In this document: positions 61,401-64,000 of the stretch, piece after piece | Layout: each line of letters begins with the position of its first letter | Numbering within the stretch: position 1 is the stretch's first letter | Assembly: GCA_977020255.1 (NCBI GenBank) | Contig: CDROCS010002317.1 | Coordinates: 1 to 64,000 of the forward strand | Origin: Obrimoposthia wandeli | Taxonomy: Eukaryota | Reading direction: 5' to 3' | Length of the DNA: 64,000 nucleotides | The notes under the pieces: generated by a model | What the model saw: only the letters and a program-made list of their open reading frames with translations | Database searches by the model: none | Told to the model about the DNA's origin: nothing | Position numbers and translations under genes: made by a program

Positions 61401-64000
61401 AATTTTTTATAAGAGTTTCTGAATTAGAGCAGCTCTTATTAGCCCCTATTTCAGCGGGCAATATTGATCAAGCACTGCCCGATCCCGATCAATTAGCTCA
61501 ATTTCTAACGCAAGGCATGGATGTTTTATTAGATGCCGATGATATTGTTAAAGCATGGGCGGTTGATTCAAAAGATACAGAAGCATTAACACAGCTTAAT
61601 GATGAATTGGTTGAGTTGATTCAGAGCGCCGAAAAAGCTGAAATATCAGAGATAGTAGAGCTTGCGAGTCTTTTGAATGAGCTTTATGACGAAGTTCTAA
61701 TAATACCTGCTATAAATGAATTATCAGAGTTAGTGGAATGCTTACTAGCGGCTCATGAAAGCCTTTTGAATATGATGGATTATTTAGCCGCAGGCCAAAG
61801 CTTGTCGGTGGATAATGAAATATTGGCGCGAGTTAAAAACTCTATATTAGCGTTATCAAATAGAGACGTTGAAGAATCTTCAGATGAGACTGATAAAATA
61901 CCAGTAATGGAAGATCAGCTTCCAAATGGTTCGGACTTAGAATTGGATGAAGCATCTATTGAAGAGTTGTATGAGCCTCTTGTGGAAGACAGTCATGAAG
62001 CTGTCGTCGCAGGGACAGAAAGCTTGACTGTAGAGACGTTAGGACCAGAGAAATCAGTTTTAGCCGTTGAAGATCTACCCCAGGTTGAGCTTGAAGATGA
62101 CGACGTTGATGCTGAACTCCTAGAAATCTTTTTAGAAGAAGCTCAAGAAATAATGGAAGCGGCTGGCGTTGCATTGCAGCGTTGGCAGTCTGAACCAGAT
62201 AATTTAAGGGATGTTGCTGAATTACAACGTGAGCTTCACACTTTAAAAGGTGGAGCACGAATGGCAGAAATGTCTGACGTTGCTGATCTTTGCCACGAAT
62301 TAGAATCAATCTATGAAGGCCTACATGATGGACGAGTTCAGTTAAGAGCGGGTCTTATTCCATTGTTAAGCAGCTATCACGATATTCTAGATGACATGCT
62401 AGAGCATATTCGTAACGAACAGGTGTTCGAGCTAGACCCTCAAGTTGTTGTTAGGATTCATGCCGTAGCAAAGGGTGCAGATCCTCTAAGTATTGATACG
62501 ATAACTTCAGCTGAATCTATTTCAATGGATACGGCCTCCTTAATTGTTGATGATTTATCAGAATTTGTTAGTAATGAAGTTGTTTCATTAGATGTTGATG
62601 AAAGTGATCGTGAAATTCTAGAGATATTTCTTGAAGAAGCACAAGAGCTCCAACAAGAACTAGATGCAGTCTTACAAGAGTGGCAACTCGCTCCTGAAAA
62701 TCTGAGAGCGACTGAAGAAGTGCAGCGCATTATGCACACCTTAAAAGGTGGTGCGCGCATGGGTGGGTTAACTGAGGTCGGCGACCTTGCTCATGATTTC
62801 GAAGCTTGGATGATTAAAGCGCAGCAAGGCGTAATTGAAGTTGATGATTCTTTTTTTGCAGAAGTATTCCAACGCCAAGATGGGCTAGCAGCCAGTGTAG
62901 AAGTAGTTGCTCAGTCATTATCTCAGCCAAACGATATTCAGGTGATGGAGTCCGATATTGAATTGGCAAATATCGTCCCCGTTAATGTTGAGATAGGTGA
63001 TTCTTCTGATACTAATGTTGTTCCGTTTAAGCGAAACGATATAAGTGATGAAGCAACTTCTGAACTCGCGGTCATTCCTGCGGTTACGGTAAAACAATTA
63101 ACTCAGCTTGATCAAGAAGCCGCTGAGAAACCTCAGCAAGGACGTCGTGGTCCGCAAGAAATGGTAAAAGTTTCTGCTGACTTATTGGATAATCTGGTCA
63201 ACCTTGCAGGTGAAACATCTATTTCTCGTGGTCGATTAGAGCAGCAAGTTACTGATTTTTCTTATTCTTTAGAAGAGATGGACTCGACACTTGAGCGTCT
63301 TAGGGATCAGTTACGTCGATTAGATATTGAAACAGAAGCGCAAGTATTATTCCGCCAGGAGCGCCAAACTCCGAGCTATGATGATTTCGATCCTTTAGAA
63401 ATGGACCGCTATTCTCAGATGCAGCAGCTAGCGCGATCACTGGTGGAGTCTGCCTCAGATTTATTAGATATCCGAGAATCTCTAACTAATAAAACGCGTG
63501 ATGCAGAAACGTTATTATTGCAGCAAAGCCGAGTAAATACCGAGCTGCAAGAAGGCTTGATGCAAACGCGCATGGTGCCGTTCCAGCGCCTAGTTCCTCG
63601 TTTACGCCGTATCGTGCGTCAAATCGGACAAGAGCTCGATAAGCAAGTTGAATTTAAAGTATTCAACGCTGATGGCGAAATGGATCGAACTATTCTAGAG
63701 CGTATAATTTCGCCTCTAGAGCATATGCTTCGAAATGCTGTTGATCATGGTATTGAAAATAAAGTTGAACGAGCTAAAACAGATAAAGCTGCGCAGGGTA
63801 CTGTTGAGCTAAGCATTTCCCGTGAGGGTGGCGATGTCTTAGTTATCTTAAAAGATGATGGTCATGGTATTAACATCGATGCGGTTCGGAAGAAGGCAAT
63901 AGAGCGTGGCTTAATTACGGAAGATAGTAAGCTAACCGATCTTGAAATAATGCAATTTATTTTACATGCCGGTTTCTCTACAGCCCAGAAAGTTACTCAA
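58487..64000 (+). CDS. chpA: ChpA multi-Hpt CheA-like kinase (3' end beyond window; absent from the ORF track)
   Basis: MSHDYIALEWVKGEI start. In-frame HTLKG Hpt motifs at 60683, 61190, 62237 and 62735; dimerisation and kinase segments (LVNLAGE, HMLRNAVDHGIE, DDGHG, AGFSTA). Frame checked at these points and at the window end. Confidence 0.95.
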   Translation, partial: MSHDYIALEWVKGEIEETLQQAQQALEAYVENTQDRTRLKFCLSYLHQVHGTLQMVEFYGAALLAEEMEALAKVLAEGDVANETDVLEVLMQAILQLPSYLEHIKVGRRDLPVVLLPILNELRAARGESLMSETALFTPNIEAPAALSIEELNKFNDPGFAPWLKKLRQMQQAAILHILRGEQETLALDYLSKVFTRLSKSLGKTPQGLVWLPALAFVEYLKTEESIPKSAKPLLRQLDVLLKQIQDQGIGVLNTPVSDELLKNLLYYIAKSPLDTGAVAAVKGQFNLAAALPDEQELQEQRAALSGPDKETVGSVVRALIEEIGSLKEQFDQLVRGDEDRETALASLLPTFKQLCDTMGMLGLGMPRRVLQEQQSNVARLLDQGSVSDSELMDAAGALLYVEATLNGMQAEGSLVENRPEDVSVSSAQKAVLHEARNVLEQVKDSVVEYIAKQWDAVELEEVPPWLRSIEGSINMIPLPRVAKILERAADFVEEQLIVEGLKAQWSVMDNFADILTSVEYYIERYSNSPQEADENLLQRAEVALSNLPGQVIELAGDSLAESSDIDIAAALNQIDLTDDASLNTEIDLAVISELSTEAVVENIEIALPEAEVTSEVITVEEVLEDATSELAEVDDIEIVLPEADVTNEVITVEEALDNDALEIEPVDEAQPVVEIATAVESIEEDDLIDDEIIEIFLEEAEEVLETLLEYWPQYRKDKTDVEAQSTVRRAFHTLKGSGRMVKAEVLGELAWSVENMLNRVIEQTIALDENACALIDQVIIHIPELIENFRQRSVVIIDTASLMSYAEALSQGESVNDFVSASSTPISVVELVELEEIEALEEAIVVEANDVAEESLLDDTLLEIFRSEVATHLEAVSDFVSKSQDTDFNNELSDQLQRALHTLKGSAHMAGITPIALVASPLEKLIKELRAYQIKNTPGLVNLLVEASDLITLGMLQLETNPVAPLPNESEFFIRVSELEQLLLAPISAGNIDQALPDPDQLAQFLTQGMDVLLDADDIVKAWAVDSKDTEALTQLNDELVELIQSAEKAEISEIVELASLLNELYDEVLIIPAINELSELVECLLAAHESLLNMMDYLAAGQSLSVDNEILARVKNSILALSNRDVEESSDETDKIPVMEDQLPNGSDLELDEASIEELYEPLVEDSHEAVVAGTESLTVETLGPEKSVLAVEDLPQVELEDDDVDAELLEIFLEEAQEIMEAAGVALQRWQSEPDNLRDVAELQRELHTLKGGARMAEMSDVADLCHELESIYEGLHDGRVQLRAGLIPLLSSYHDILDDMLEHIRNEQVFELDPQVVVRIHAVAKGADPLSIDTITSAESISMDTASLIVDDLSEFVSNEVVSLDVDESDREILEIFLEEAQELQQELDAVLQEWQLAPENLRATEEVQRIMHTLKGGARMGGLTEVGDLAHDFEAWMIKAQQGVIEVDDSFFAEVFQRQDGLAASVEVVAQSLSQPNDIQVMESDIELANIVPVNVEIGDSSDTNVVPFKRNDISDEATSELAVIPAVTVKQLTQLDQEAAEKPQQGRRGPQEMVKVSADLLDNLVNLAGETSISRGRLEQQVTDFSYSLEEMDSTLERLRDQLRRLDIETEAQVLFRQERQTPSYDDFDPLEMDRYSQMQQLARSLVESASDLLDIRESLTNKTRDAETLLLQQSRVNTELQEGLMQTRMVPFQRLVPRLRRIVRQIGQELDKQVEFKVFNADGEMDRTILERIISPLEHMLRNAVDHGIENKVERAKTDKAAQGTVELSISREGGDVLVILKDDGHGINIDAVRKKAIERGLITEDSKLTDLEIMQFILHAGFSTAQKVTQ
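60296..60464 (+). repeat. Imperfect 99-nt-period (33-aa) tandem duplication in the ChpA acidic linker
   Basis: IEIALPEAEVTSEVITVEEVLED versus IEIVLPEADVTNEVITVEEALDN; DNA copies start at 60296 and 60395. Confidence 0.85.

Overview
This window is mostly core chromosome of a moderately AT-rich marine gammaproteobacterium. Gene order is Pseudomonas-like and content is Oceanospirillales/Oleispira-like (inference from gene order, not from a database search). Left to right: the 3' part of a TonB-dependent receptor with an Asp-box (BNR) protein and a TlpA-like redoxin; a DAACS symporter; a laoABCR-like long-chain alcohol/aldehyde oxidation cluster; rsmD, an M16-like remnant, ftsYEX and rpoH; an inserted lipoprotein with 18 RCC1/BLIP-II-like repeats; rho-trxA, ppx, ppk1 and hemB; a VTT-flavoprotein fusion, a thioesterase, a cold-shock protein and a DEAD-box helicase; a Pho-box-preceded alkaline phosphatase; a di-heme cytochrome c peroxidase-family lipoprotein opposite a BaeSR-like pair; rdgB-metXW-yggT-proC-yggS; pilTU with a MASE3-PAS-GAF-PAS-GGDEF-EAL gene; pyrC'-pyrB-pyrR-yqgF-algH-tonB3-gshB; and pilGHIJK-chpA, which runs off the end. 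I saw no rRNA, tRNA, CRISPR array, transposase or integrase. The best leads are: (i) two inverted palindromic elements between ppk1 and hemB with a shared core but different outer stems; (ii) the 41-aa repeat lipoprotein; (iii) the peroxidase/two-component module with 11-bp-phased boxes; (iv) the TBDR-BNR-redoxin module; (v) a three-way-junction RNA structure ahead of ftsE. Five short, heavily damaged patches (TBDR C-terminus, DUF2175-like gene, laoA, laoB, hemB N-terminus) all lie in the first 26 kb and are more likely sequence errors than biology. I found no clear-cut new multi-gene system; the findings below are leads.
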